64,000 bases of DNA from contig NC_068996.1 of assembly GCF_001194135.2 (NCBI RefSeq), positions 27,778,107-27,842,106 on the forward strand, given 5' to 3'. Under the pieces are notes generated by a model, which searched no databases, was not told where the DNA came from, and saw nothing but the letters and a program-made list of their open reading frames with translations. This document shows, in pieces, positions 24,833-38,059 of this stretch. How positions within the stretch are numbered: the stretch's first letter is position 1; each line of letters begins with the position of its first letter. Both the position numbers and the translations under genes were made by a program. This DNA is from Octopus bimaculoides. Lineage: Eukaryota.

Positions 24833-26213
24833 CATAAGCACTTTGCATAAATTGCTATATCTCTGTTATTAATTTTATGCTGTATGTTTAAGTATCTGTC
24901 AATACTAGTATGTGCACTTAGGAAAACAAATCTTCAGTTTTTGTATTGTAAACTTTTAGTTATGTCTTAGGCTAATTTCTTTTTCCTGTTTTGACTGGAA
25001 TTCATACATAGCTTAATTTACGTGTATATACATCTATCAATCTGTGTGTGTGCATGCTTTACATATTTATATCCATGTGTGCATGTTTATGCATGTAAAT
25101 CCATATGCATGTACACACACTATAATCATACATATATCAAAATATATCTCTATATTTGTATATATAGCTTTTATCTGCATATTTATGCACTTCTATTAAT
25201 TTCTTAGAGATATGCATAAATGTATACATATCAAATTTAAATGCTGTATGTATATGTAATTACATATGTACATTTTTTGTGTTTTTATGCACACAAACAC
25301 ATACAGGGTACACAGTGCAACTGGGAACAAAACAGAAGTTAGACACCATAAAGAAACAACCCTTTCTATAGCAATAAACAACATATACATTCATCTCAGT
25401 ACATTACTGAGACAAGCTACTTAATAAAACCACCATTTGTCCAAACGATGACTCTGTTGTGGCTATGGAAATGATTGCATGACAGTATCTAATGATTCTT
25501 CCTATGCATCTCTCTATACTGACAACTATTCCTTACCACCAAGCAATGTGTGTATGGGTGGTGGAGGTTTGTTGGCTGTCTTCTGTGGTGATAGATGAAA
25601 TAAACCAAGAGTTTTCCAAGAAGGAAAACTAGGAGATACATGATAGTGAATGTTAGATGATCACACAGTTCTCTTAGATTTTGCCAGCCATGAACTTGCC
25701 CTTTCTCATCACCTGAAGTTCTTGTGAGACATCTCTAAAAATTGTTATAACTTGTCCCTCCTTACTTACCTGTTGTTCTGGTGCAGCATACATCTGATAG
25801 TGGATACTGCTATTTGCAGCTGCTTTCCAATGGCTCTTGTTGACCTGATAGGCTTAGTTTATGTCCTGGGTTATGCAGGACAGCGTCCTGATGTTTGACT
25901 GCAGAGGATGCTTCTTTCTTTTGACCATAGATGACATGTCCTCATCAGAGGGTTCCAGTTCTTTTGCAAACCTGAACACAAAAGAAGCAAATGATGTTCA
26001 AATTCCCATGATTGGTGGCTTATGGGAACAGTATGGCTTTTCATTTTCTGGATCATATTGGAATCTACTATATTGATCGATTGACATATCTAAAAGAGAA
26101 ATGTAAAAGTTAAAATCCAGTGTTTGTTGCAAAACATCTCATTACATTTCCCTTTGATTTGTAGCCTGCTAAAGTTTGTTCAGAAATACCCTGCACACCT
26201 GTGTGTCTGGTAT

Positions 26214-26248
<35 letters not shown>

Positions 26249-28251
26249 TATGTGTATGTGTGCATATGAATGAGAGCTATCAAATATGACTTTTTATTTT
26301 GAATGCTTACTATTGTGAGAGTAGCATGTCTTGATTCATTCTTAATCAGCCCATTGATATTTGTCTATGTACCAGCTTCAGTATCTGTTATGTTGTATTG
26401 CTGTTGAATTGTTTTGTAGACATTCTGATGTCATTATTGGTCATACTATCATTCAAACCTGGCAGCCTACTTAGATAAGGTTACAAACTAGCCTATTTTA
26501 TGAGAACAGCATAAAAAATAGTGGACATATTGTTAGTAGCTAGAATTGAATTATGTTAGTAGCTAGAATTGATTTTAGGATTTTTCATTATTTTGTACTG
26601 GGATTGTTTTACACACACATAGATGCTTAATTTTAAATGATTAAGTCTCACATTTGCTCTTTCTTGATGACACGTTACTGATTTTTACTCCATTTACTTG
26701 GCTGTAAAAAGAAAGTGGGGTGTGGGAGGCATAATACTAGTTGTACTTCATTGCTATGACTGGTTACCAGTGGAAGACAGCAGACATTCCATATATATAT
26801 AAGTAAATATTACTTCAGGAATTCTTATGCATTGGCTCAAATTTATGAACCTTATTTTAAGTGAATAAAAGACAGAAAAAGTTAAAATAGCTGAAAATAT
26901 TTTTAAAAAAAGAGAACCTCAAATAGATTTCTATCACTGGGGTATTATTCAGATTAAAATTATCAAGTTGAAAATCTATGAATGGAGTTGTGTTGGATCA
27001 CATTTCTCATGGTTCTCTATCACTTTTGATGAATATTCCAGTTGTTTGATTAGTTGAACTGTATACACATTGAATTACAATATAAATGGCTGACTATTCT
27101 ATAAACATATGTACTGTTCATGTAGTTTTCAGACTTGACACAATGTATGACTAGGCCAGTCTTTTGAATTACAAGTACAATAGGACATTTGAGAAGCTTC
27201 CGCAGTTTCTGATGACCCAGTTTTATTCACAAGGCTTGAGTTAATTTAAGGATCTGTAGTAAAAGATACTGTTCTTCGTCTGTTTCCAGAAGCAAGTGCC
27301 TAGCCCCAAGTACACATACCACCTCTCCACGCATGGATACAACATAAAAGAAACACAATGTTTGCAGCATCCACAGAGCTGCAGGAGATGTCAGATATTA
27401 AGTATAACTATACATATCTGCTTTAGGCTCTCTCACTCCAGATTTTCTATAAGGCTTTCCTCCCATATCCTTTTGTTGAACACTCAATAAATTACCCCCA
27501 CAAGGAAACAAGGGTTTATTATTATAGTAGGCATGGTTTGTGTAGAGCCAATCTTGCTCATTCTTCAAACTTGTATTGGTCTTGTGCAACGAGTGCCAGG
27601 AGTCCAGTAATTATCAACAGTAGGATTCATATGGAGTTACCTTCTCTTAGACAAGCAGCTGAAGGGCCTTATTTGCCCTGGGTCTGTGAGTGACTTTCTT
27701 ACAGTCACACACTCTCAACTGCCATTTAAGCAGTACTACATATTTTTAGGTCTTCAATTTTTAAGACTTAGTATCAAACTAAACCCATTTAACTAAAACT
27801 AATGCCAATCACAAAAATATTCAACTATATCTGTATTATAGTTTTCCTTAATGTGAGCAACACTAGAATTTTTTTCGATTTGGTAGTCCAAAATGAAGAA
27901 AATCGAATTTAAGTTGGTTTTAATTTACTAGTGGTAGAAAGAATGCTTAATTATAATTAGTTAGGATTATAATTTATTTGTATAAAATATGCTTAAGCTT
28001 TTTCTTTTGAATTTCAGTAACTCTGAAATATTTTAGATAGCTTTACTTGTAGTGATTGTTAAATTGATCTTCAGTATTGAGGAATGTCAAAAAAACACTG
28101 TTAACAGGAAATATAATGAATATGAATATAACCACAAGAGTACACTTGTATATTCTGTAGAACATCTCCTCTACTCTCATTCTAAGATGTTTGAGAATGC
28201 ATATTTGTCTGTCTGCACACACGCGCACACACACACACACACACACTCGCG

Positions 28252-28313
<62 letters not shown>

Positions 28314-28870
28314 GTATACTTAGGTTTATCAATGTTTGCAAATGTGTGCAAGTTTACCCAGGGAATAGTGTGGTTAATATAAAGATAGATAGGATTTAGA
28401 AGCATTTTTACATTTATCTTCCCCCTTTTTTCCCCAACTTTTTTTTTGCCTAAGATATTTATGGAAAGAGGAAACTTTTTTTCATTAGAAATTATTGCTA
28501 CAAATTAGACAAACTAATTAAATTTAAAATGTTTTGAAATAGAATGATAATAAAAATGATTATTAAACTGATAATGAATTGTTTTTGAAAGAAAGAGCAT
28601 AGGATTGTAAAATGCCACAGTGCTGAATATTTAATCTCATCTGTGTTCTATGTACCTCTGACCCCTGTATTATACGGGGCTTCTAAGAGATCATTATGGT
28701 TGTATATACATAAAAAAGTGTAGTTTCAAATCTTTGACATTTTTTCAAGTTTAAATCCTGCTGCAGAGGTGGATTTTACATTTTGTCATCACTTTGAGTT
28801 AGAGATCAATAATATACATGGCTGATTCAGTTAATTATGCTCCCTTCCCTACAAAGTTTTCACTTTACAG

Positions 28871-28882
28871 CTTGTTCAAAAG
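28871..28882 (+). CDS. MAPK8IP3: Candidate 12-nt microexon (ACSK)
   Basis: ttttcactttacag|CTTGTTCAAAAG|GTATCA; phase 1-1, stop-free. Short pyrimidine tract and moderate donor. Confidence 0.3.
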
Positions 28883-29219
28883 GTATCACTGTCATATGTT
28901 AAGACTATGTAATTAAGCTGACTCTTACATTCATTATTCTGTGGCAGGTGGGTGGAAAATGAAGCAAAATTTAATGGAAAATTAAAAGCAAGAAAATATT
29001 GTTACATATATTATTAAATAAGATGTAGTAAAAAAAAAAAAAAAAAAATAGTGTTTGTGGGAAATAGAAATAGTAAATTATCAAAACAGTTATTTCAAAC
29101 AGGTTGGAATGAGAATTATGATAATGTCTGCATGCTGCATGCCATTTTGATGTTTTTAATTGCTTGTTCCATTTTTATAAATCTTTTCCTTTCTCATGAT
29201 TACCATCCGAAAACATCAG

Positions 29220-29252
29220 AAAGTGATAAGGAAAATGACAGAGAGTCTACTG
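29220..29252 (+). CDS. MAPK8IP3: 33-nt microexon (ESDKENDREST)
   Basis: catcag|AA...ACTG|GTATGT; phase 1-1; purine-rich island in U-rich flanks; 104-nt AG-free zone containing two TGCATG; cluster of TGCY motifs downstream. Confidence 0.7.
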
Positions 29253-30849
29253 GTATGTTTCTCTCCCCTGTTGCTCCTGCTTGTGGAATACTGCTTTATA
29301 TGCCTGCTTCTGGTTTTTTCATTTCTTTTTTCCTTTTTTTTATTTGAACTTCTACAGTTTTGTCCTAAAGTATTAATTTATATAATTATCTCTCACACAT
29401 GAAACAATTTTTGTTTAACCTCAGAGCTAAAATCCCTACATATTTAATATCTTATTGCCCAACTTATTTAAATAATATTGCTCTATAAAATCTAATATAA
29501 AAAATCTAAAATATAAATCTAATATAAAAATCTGAGTTAGAGCTATTTCAAATCAGTAACCCATATCTTTAGACATGAAACTTATTTACTATGTCCGTTT
29601 CAATTGATTTGATGTTAAATTGTCATTGTCTTATTCTTGGATGTGCATATAGTACCAGATTGTATTTGAACCAGAGACCTTTGTTTTTAAGTTAAAGGAA
29701 CATGTGTTAGTGAATTATTGCTGTTAGGTTAAAATTTCCGAGTTTCAATTCACTCTGGTATTGTAGCACATCCAGGAATAAAATACTGATGTCATTTAGA
29801 GATCAAACCAATCAAAGCATAGCATAAGTATAAATGATAATGAAGTCTCATATCTAAAGACAAGCTAAATAGTTTGAAAGATTACAATCCTATTTGATAA
29901 CGCTTGTTTAAAAAATAAGTGTGACATAGTAACAAAATTAATTCCAAATAACAAGATTAATTCCAAATTTGTATACAATTTTTTCTTACTATTTTTTGTA
30001 CTCTCAGAATAAAATATTTAGTAACATCATCCCTCTTTTTGTGTCTCCTCTTGGTGAGCATTATGAAGTAGCAGTTACATGCCAGTGGATTTCAGTTAGT
30101 AACCCAGAAGCATGAACATCACAACATTCCATGAGCTTGTAAACAAATATCTTAAACGATTTTTATTTTTACATTTTGATCAATTAGCAGTCAGCATGAC
30201 AATTACAAATTCAGTTAAACTACAAGAGTTAGTGGAGTGATAAATGGTTGATGACTCTTTATGCTTAAGTTAAAAACAAAAGTAAAAAATGTCGATTTTA
30301 GGCAATTTTTTTATTAAGATGGATGGTCACACTTAAATTTTTTAATAGCAAAATATTATTATATGTAGAATATTTGGCATGATTTAAAAAAAAAACATTT
30401 AATAGTACAAGTTAAAGTGCTTAAATACTTAATAATCAACTCATTGTTTTGGAAATGCCAGAATTTTGAATATTTGAATGATTAAATTCACTTTCAAGAG
30501 TTAAGTTTTTCTTCGTACTCTTTATCAAATTTGTAAGTTCTGAGCAGTTTAAGTAGGAGACACTTTCCAACTGGCTTAAATAGTCAATTTAAGTTTTTTT
30601 CATTTTCTTCTAAATTGTTTAATTCTTCACCAGTTACTGAGTCATTAAAGTAAATCAAATCATACAAAATAGCTCGTTCCATGAAATTCTGATTTCTGTA
30701 AAACTCTTGTCTCAGAGGTGGTTCAGTAATTCCATCATTTCACATATTTTGCTGATTCAAATAAAATTTGTATTTTATTTTCTCCTGGGCATTAGTTTCT
30801 TTTTAACTTAGGACTTTTAGTCTTAATTCTTCCCATTCAGCTAGCCTCT

Positions 30850-32960
30850 GTCACCCTATTTTTGAGCAAAGTCATTTTCTCCAGTGCACCATGTCTTCTT
30901 CTCTTCTTTTGTCCCTATCTTGATACTCATAGCTGTCTTGGGTGTTTGTTCTTTAAGTTTCACTTGCCTTCCTGCCACAGTCTCTTGCAGGCTGTACCAA
31001 TTGATTCTCTTCAAGAGTTTGTTATTCTGTTCTTATATGTAACTTTTAAAGTACTGGCCCAGATCTTGTTCAGTCCTCTGAACACTGCTGCTGTACACCA
31101 GATTCTGGGCTTAACATCTGCTTCAACCCCCCCCCCCATCTCCTTAGCAATAATGCTACCCAGGTAGGTGAAGTTGGTTACATGTTCAAGGGTTCTTGCC
31201 TGCATTTGCCACTTCTTCAGTCAATCTGGTCATCATTTATTGGGGTGCTAAGTATGACTCTGCCAAGAGCGCAGTGTCATTGGCATAGTCCAGATCTGTT
31301 AGGTGTCTCCCTGCAGTCCACAGTTCTCCACATGACAGTCAGTGGCCTGTAAAAACAACAGGGGTGACAGTAAGCAATTGTGTCTCACTCCTGTGATGTT
31401 GAATTTTGTGTTGCTGCATGCAGTAGCTTGAATTGAATACAGACTCTTAAAGATACAAGTTTTTTTGGGATACCATATGCATTGGCAATACATCAAATTA
31501 AAATGCAAAGTCTTCACTGGAAGGCATTTTGTGTGATATTCCATTGAGAGAGGCCGATAATGGTACTGTAGAGAAATCAAATTGATAAAGGTAAAGAGCT
31601 CTTTCAGATCTTCTTTGAATATGTTCAATTCCTATACTGGTGTTTAAAAATATCTGACCTAGCTAGGTTTGCTTTGGCCAGGTACCTTAGTAATTCTCTA
31701 TGTACACTGTCGAAAGCATTTTTGAAATTGATAAAACTGATGACCAGTTGTTGCTGGACTTCTATTCATTACTCCATGATTTTTCACAGTATAAAGATTT
31801 ATTTGGTGCATGATTTTCCTGTGCTGAAACCTGATTGTTCTTCCCTGATGTTTTCATCCAATTCCTCTTTCAAAACCTTTAAGATGACTAAGTAGAAGTC
31901 TTTGCCTGGCACTGACAGTAGGATGAAGAAGGCCCACTAGTTGCCGCAATTACCGAGATTCTCTTTCTTTGGTAGTTTAACTATGACATCCTTTGTTCAA
32001 TTATCTGGCACTGTTCTGTTTTTTCTAATGGGTATTACACAATTTTGTTAGCTCTTGCACTGTGGAATTTTCTCTATTCTACAGTTGCTCAGTCCTGGAG
32101 ATTTATTGTTCTCTAGTCTTTTTGGTGCCTGGTTGACTTCATCTTCACTAATAGGTGCTCTTGTAACTTCACAGTAACTTACCAAATGGCAGAATAGTTT
32201 GAAGTATCAAATAGTTCAGGCTGATTCAGTCCACTTGAAGTGATTCACCCAGTACACATTGATGATGGCCAGATTTCAGTTATTCATGATTGATATTTTG
32301 TAGGGTCATGATCCTTTATGAGAAGACCAAGGAGACAAAAGGCAGCTTTGTTGTTAACAGCAAAAGTCACACCTGAATCTCTTCCTTCTATCTTCCCAAC
32401 CCAGAAGGTATAACTCTTCTCTTACAACTGGGTTCTGCCTTTCAGTCCTGGTCTCTTTTGTGATCAGGACTGTCCTCTGCTCAGGTATGAAGTCTCCATC
32501 AAGCATAGTGCACATGTCCCACATTGCTATAGTCATCTTCATTTTCTTGCAATTTCTGCTGCTGAAGTGAAGTCTTGCTGCCACAATGAACTAGCTAGGT
32601 TTTCTTCTGAGCATTCTTTCTTTACCACACATTTTTTAGAGGTTTCTTCTTCTGGGGAAGTGGGGGAGCATTGTCTCCTGAAAAGGGCTGCTCTTACATT
32701 CACACTGCTGCCTCAGCCTGCTGGTGCTCCGGGTTAAGCATTGACAGCAACTGTCAGGTACAAGCCACCTGTGTGCAGAGCTCTTGCTAGCAGCTTTCAG
32801 TTACACCTACTGTTGTTACATTTACTCCATTGTAACAGGGCTTCCAACTTTAAACAAAACACCTTGGACAGTGTGTAAGGCAGTTGGTCTATCCCTACAC
32901 GAGACTGCCTCTCTGGCTAAGAGGTTGCTAGCATTTGCCCTAAGTGCCATTGTAGTCTAT
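30850..32960 (-). mobile_element. Decayed RTE LINE (endonuclease and RT remnants)
   Basis: Disrupted motifs: IAMWDMCTML, IREEQSGFSTGKSCT, FINFKNAFDSVHRE, TGVRHNCLLSPLLF, HVTNFTYLGSII. Confidence 0.85.
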
Positions 32961-33369
32961 GGACAGAAACAGAACAGGTGACTTATATAATAAGTAAAAT
33001 TTTAAACATTAACTTTATATCAGTGTGTCTAATTTGATTATTTTTTTTCTTTCCTTTTTTATATACTTTGTGTTATTCAATGTTGATGAAGAACTCCTTG
33101 GTCACAGTAAATCAGGATAGGCACACATTTTCTGAAGAGTTTACATTGTAAAATTCTGCAATAGGCTTAAAGTTTTGTTTTAATATTTCATTTTTCTGCT
33201 TTTTAAATTGATCCTTTGTGCACTTAGCACTTTGTCTGGATCATTCTCTTTCATTTTATGATAAATGGAGTGGTCTTATTTGTTAACTAAAAGAAAATGT
33301 ATATGTCAAGTAACCCCTTTTATTGTCTAATTGTATAAAAGATTTCGATGTGCAGTGGATGACAGAATT

Positions 33370-34331
33370 TTTGGGTTGAGGAATAATTCACGAGCATTTT
33401 TTTCAAATTTATTTTAACCCTTTTGATACCAACCATTTGGTCTTTTTTGCTGAATTGCTTCATTGAATAGGTGCAGTTGTTGAACATAGAGCTCCACATT
33501 GAGCATTTGGTTGTGATCAAGCAGTTCGTAATGAATTATTCCTTCCCAGTTCCACCATACACACAACATGGTCTTTTGAGGATGAAGGTTTTTTTTTGCT
33601 TGTGGAGTCACTTGTTTGACAAGGCTAAACCATTCTTTTTGCTCCATATTGATGTAAAAGCACCATTTTTCATCGCCAGTGACAATGCAGTAAAGAAAAT
33701 GCTGTTTGTCACCATATACTGAGTGATGTCAAGCAAACAAACTGGTAGTGATTGTGGAGCATGATTTTTTTTTGTTTTCGCTCAGCGTGTGGCACTTAGG
33801 TGCCGAGTTTCTGAAACTTGTCCATTGAGTGAAGGTAGTTCACCACAGTTTTTTTTATCACAATCCATCTGCTCTGCCAATTCTCTGGTCATTTGACATA
33901 GATTTTTGTGAAGAAGTTAATTTAATTACTCTTCATTGAACTCAATTGGTCAACTGGTGTGTGACTTGTCCTTGAGGTTCAAATTCCCATTTTTGAAGTC
34001 TGAAAACCAATGGTGGCCAGTACTTTGAGGTATTGTTCCCTCTCCATACAGCACAAATCTCATGAGCAGCTTCAGCAGCCTTAACACCTTGATTAAATGC
34101 AAAAAACAAATGGTGTCAAAAATGCTCAGTTTTGTTCACTTGACATTCCATTTTAATGATCTGAAAATACACAAAAATCAATGAAATTTAAAAATCAAAA
34201 CACTCTACTTTGTAGAGCAAAAAATTTTGTTAAATAACAAAACATTTTGTCAATGTGTTTCATTTCTGCATGCATTTTTAAATTTGAAAAAAGAAAAAAA
34301 CAGATGTTCATGAATTATTCCCCAACGCAAT
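33370..34331 (-). mobile_element. Internally deleted mariner
   Basis: TIRs ttgggttgaggaataattcacga / tcatgaattattccccaacgcaa; ORF remnant LHPQKTMLCVWWNWEGIIHYELL...QQKRP. Confidence 0.88.
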
Positions 34332-34615
34332 ATTATATTGCAGGACAAAATGCAATATAAACTCACTTTCTGTTTGGATTAGTTTTTTTTTCTCACTGTT
34401 TTGGGGTTTTATAAAATTGAGGAGAGCCTTTTCTAAAATCACTCTGCTTAATTTGATATCATGTTTTCTGAAATACTTGAAAATGGGACTGCTTGAAATT
34501 ATTATTCATCAATACATGTACTAAAAGTGGAATTATAGAGATTATTATTACTGTTCCTATTGTACTCTTTGTAGTGTTGGGCCCTGTTCCAATGTGTGAT
34601 CGTCTGGATTGCATA

Positions 34616-34795
34616 TATATATATATATATATCTCTGAGTGGTTGGCATTAGGAAGGGCATCCAGCTGTAGAAACTCTGCCAAATTTAGATTGAGCCTGG
34701 TGTTGCCATTCGGTTTCACCAGTCCTCAGTCAAATCGTCCAACCCATGCTAGCATGGAAAGCGGACATTAAACGATGATGATGATGATGATGATG
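34616..34795 (+). mobile_element. SINE 3' part with (GAT)n tail
   Basis: Nearly the reverse complement of 1222-1395. Confidence 0.88.
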
Positions 34796-34797
34796 AG

Positions 34798-34833
<36 letters not shown>

Positions 34834-34879
34834 TTAGTATACAGTTATTGAAACTCTCCATTCTTTTCTTTATGAGACC

Positions 34880-35700
34880 TTTTGCTTTGATGACCTCTGG
34901 TGTTACTTGTCTTCATATTCCACATCTTGATAATTTCATTGTCTAAATTTTGTACTTGATCAGCTTCTCTGCAACTTTCACTGAAGTGTTTCTCTCAGAA
35001 GATAGTATTAGTTTTTCATGCTGTGCTAATTATCACTAGCTTATTGGCTTTTATCTGTCCCTGTGGATGGGTATATCCCACAAGATGGTGGCTTCATTGT
35101 TGTCATTGACAATATTTGGTTGAAGTTTATATCACTTCATATTTTCCATTCACCACAGCCTGTGGATGTATTTGATCTTTACTAGTTCAAGATATTCAGA
35201 GATATTGTGGCTAATGTTTTTTTCTTTCATTTTTTTATCTTATTTTCCATGGATCCAGCACTGTTTTGTCCTTGATGATGCATTAGTGATAGGGATTTGT
35301 TTGCAAGATTCTGATCTTGTGCAACAATTATCTGACCCTCTGTATCTGCTTTCATTCCAGTGCTGTTAAGCCATTGTTGTCCTCACTTGGTTTATGTCTG
35401 CATCCATTTTGGGCACGTCAGATGCATTAACATGTCACCACAGATTTTCTGCAGTTTAGACTGGGCATGGTGTAATAGTTTTAAATCTGTTAATCACATT
35501 GAATTCAAGTTTTTGATGCCATATACCTTTTTCTCTTGTGTACCCTACACCTGAGACTGTCCCAGGTTTCATGACATAAACTTACTGTTCTAAAGTATTT
35601 CACCACCTTGTCCCCACATCTATCTCTTCCACAGGTTCCTCCCACAGTTAGCGATTAGCACTTTATGCAGCATTGAAGATAAACCTAAGCATGTAAAACA
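34880..35700 (-). mobile_element. R4/Dong-like non-LTR fragment (restriction-like endonuclease C-terminus)
   Basis: The - strand reads, with stops, IIKDKT.DP, YIH, DNNEATILWDIPIHRDR.KP, ERNTSVKVAEKL.KYK, typical of the CCHC-RLE tail. Confidence 0.6.
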
Positions 35701-36031
35701 ATTATTCAAACAAAGTGAATTTTTGTTGAGGCATCCTCAAGGACCATTAACCACTTGGTTTGTTATACAACTGGAGAACCTTTTCTGCTTTTTGTACCTC
35801 TTGAAACTTTGCAGATATGGCATCATTGTTCCAGTTGTTTACATTGAGTTAAAATTCTTCTACTGTAGCTTGCTTCACTTCTTTCAAAATTGCTTTGTGC
35901 CTAAATTACAAACAATTATTGTCATTAGACAAAATGTCAAGCAGTATTTAGTTATGGCCATTTATATTCTGAATTCAAATTCTGCTGAGGTTGACTGCTT
36001 CCTTTCATTTTATTAGTCAGTAAAGTACCAC

Positions 36032-36169
36032 TTAACCCTTTAGTATTTAGACCGGCCCATTACTGGCTATAGCTGGTCTCTAACACCTATCCGACAAAGC
36101 ATGATGGATTCAAAGCAGTGTGAATAAACATGCATTACATTTGATAGAATCTGAATGCTAAAGGGTTAA
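36032..36169. mobile_element. piggyBac-type MITE
   Basis: TTAA|CCCTTTAG...CTAAAGGG|TTAA. A related longer copy lies at about 53847-54070, with partial ends at about 53040 and 63975. Confidence 0.8.
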
Positions 36170-36809
36170 ATATTGGGAACAATATACTTTCTTCTCTCAA
36201 ATGGTCTTGTGGTTATGTAAGAAAGTATTGACTAATTAACTGCCATCAGAAGAAACTATAGACTTTATTTTCATAAAGTTTTAAAGCATGGTATTGATCC
36301 TGTTTAGATCAAGTAACATTGATCAGATTTCTACTCCGTGTTGAGCTACATGGCCAGTTGCTGGCAGGGCTTATATAAGCTCTGTAGTTTGTACATCTTA
36401 TATGATATCTCCATTGTAATGTCTGTTATAAACCAGGAAGGTTGAGAATCAGTTTTTTTCCAATGATAAAATGATAAACCCAATTCACAGGGAATGGCTA
36501 GTTTTAGATTGGGCATAAGTTTCTAGTTGCATGCTTTGAGAATTCAGTTGCATGCTTGTATAATTCAGGTGTGTGTGTGCATGTGCAAAACTCATCTCCT
36601 GGGACACCTCATCAGTGATGTGATTTCATCAGAGGTTCAGCCTTCTTAATATAGATGTTTTTGTCCAGACAACCCAGCTAGTGTCTGTCCTAGCTACAAT
36701 TATTCATAGACCAACCCCTGAATCCAAAGCCACAAGGTAGATTTTTTTTGCAGTTTCTCTTAATTTTATTGTCCTTCTTTGTTACCCTTGTAAATCCAAG
36801 TTGCTTGAA

Positions 36810-37050
36810 GACTGTGCTGAATGAGTATCCTGCAATGCCTCTACAACCACTCCTATAGGGTCATGTATTTTGAAGCTTTGTTGACCATTTGCTGGTACTT
36901 CATACATTTTAGCAGCAGCACCATCCCTGGGGTGCTGCATTCAATTGCGGGCCTCACTTGACTCTTGTAGAGTTATCAGCAGTTCTTTGGTACTGTAATA
37001 CCTTCTGGTTCTGAAGTGAACCATTAATGTTTTTGAAGCAGTCCACACTA
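36810..37050 (-). mobile_element. CR1/L2-like LINE fragment, copy 1
   Basis: LYKSQVRPAIECS..DGAAAK resembles CR1/L2 LYKAQVRPxLEYCSxxW; second copy at 39977-40218. Confidence 0.7.
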
Positions 37051-37078
37051 TAACAAAAAAAAAAAAAAAATTTATCGT

Positions 37079-38059
37079 TAAAGATGAGGTTAGTTAAGTT
37101 CAGGAAATTATATTTGTTATTTAGTTTCTGTTTTTCTTTTACTATGAAGTTTTACATTAATTGTTCCTTGTGAATACAACTTGATAAAATTAACTAATGT
37201 TTTGAGCAAGTTATTTTTATTCTATAAAAAACATTCAGGCTTTTATCATTCAGACTACAACTGAAAATTTCAAATCAATGATTCAACTAAAAATTCTTTT
37301 AGGTGGTGTTGCATCATGGCCATAGTTGGTCAGAAAGAAGTGAAAGAAAGAAATGTTATGTGATATTATCTATAGACAGTTTGAGCACTCGTATTACTAT
37401 TAAGTTTTCTATGTTAAATCGTGCATTCAAATTAAATTGTAATGAAGCAAGAAGGATGTCTTCATTGCAACAATAAAAAAGTATCAGTAATTACGATTTA
37501 CTTAAAATCTTAATTAGTGCTTTAATTTCTTTTCTTGTGATTTTGGCGACAGTAGTTGTTTTGAGTAGTTCTATAATCAAAACGGTTCCAACTGTAACCA
37601 TCTCACCTTTTCGTTTATAAAGGGCAACATTCTTTGAACTGGTCTAAAATTGTAGGGTTTTTTTTGTTTTTTAATTTAGCTGCTATTTCTTATAGCTTGA
37701 GCAAATTCTTTTGTTAGCATATTTCTGTAGAAATAGAGAGCCTTTGCATCAATATAATTTGAAAATAAAGAAATTAGTAAAATAACTTTATTATTAAGCA
37801 GGTATTTGAATCGCATAAGTTAATATGAAATTTGGGTATGAGGTTTTTAGATTACTTCAAAATAAATTTGTACCTCAGAAACAGGCAATTTCAATTGGGT
37901 TGGTATCAAAAAGGTTAATTGGGTATACTTTTGTCCTTTGATATAAATATAGTTATAATTTATATTATTTAACCATGCAATTGAAAAGATTAGGTGAATG
38001 GTCAGTGTTGTACATTTTCTGAGGAATTTCAACTTTGTTGTTGGACTGTTGCAGCTCTG
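37079..38059 (+). repeat. About 1-kb dispersed direct repeat, copy 1
   Basis: Colinear with 42557-43662; both end GGACTGTTGCAGCTCTG. Confidence 0.9.
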
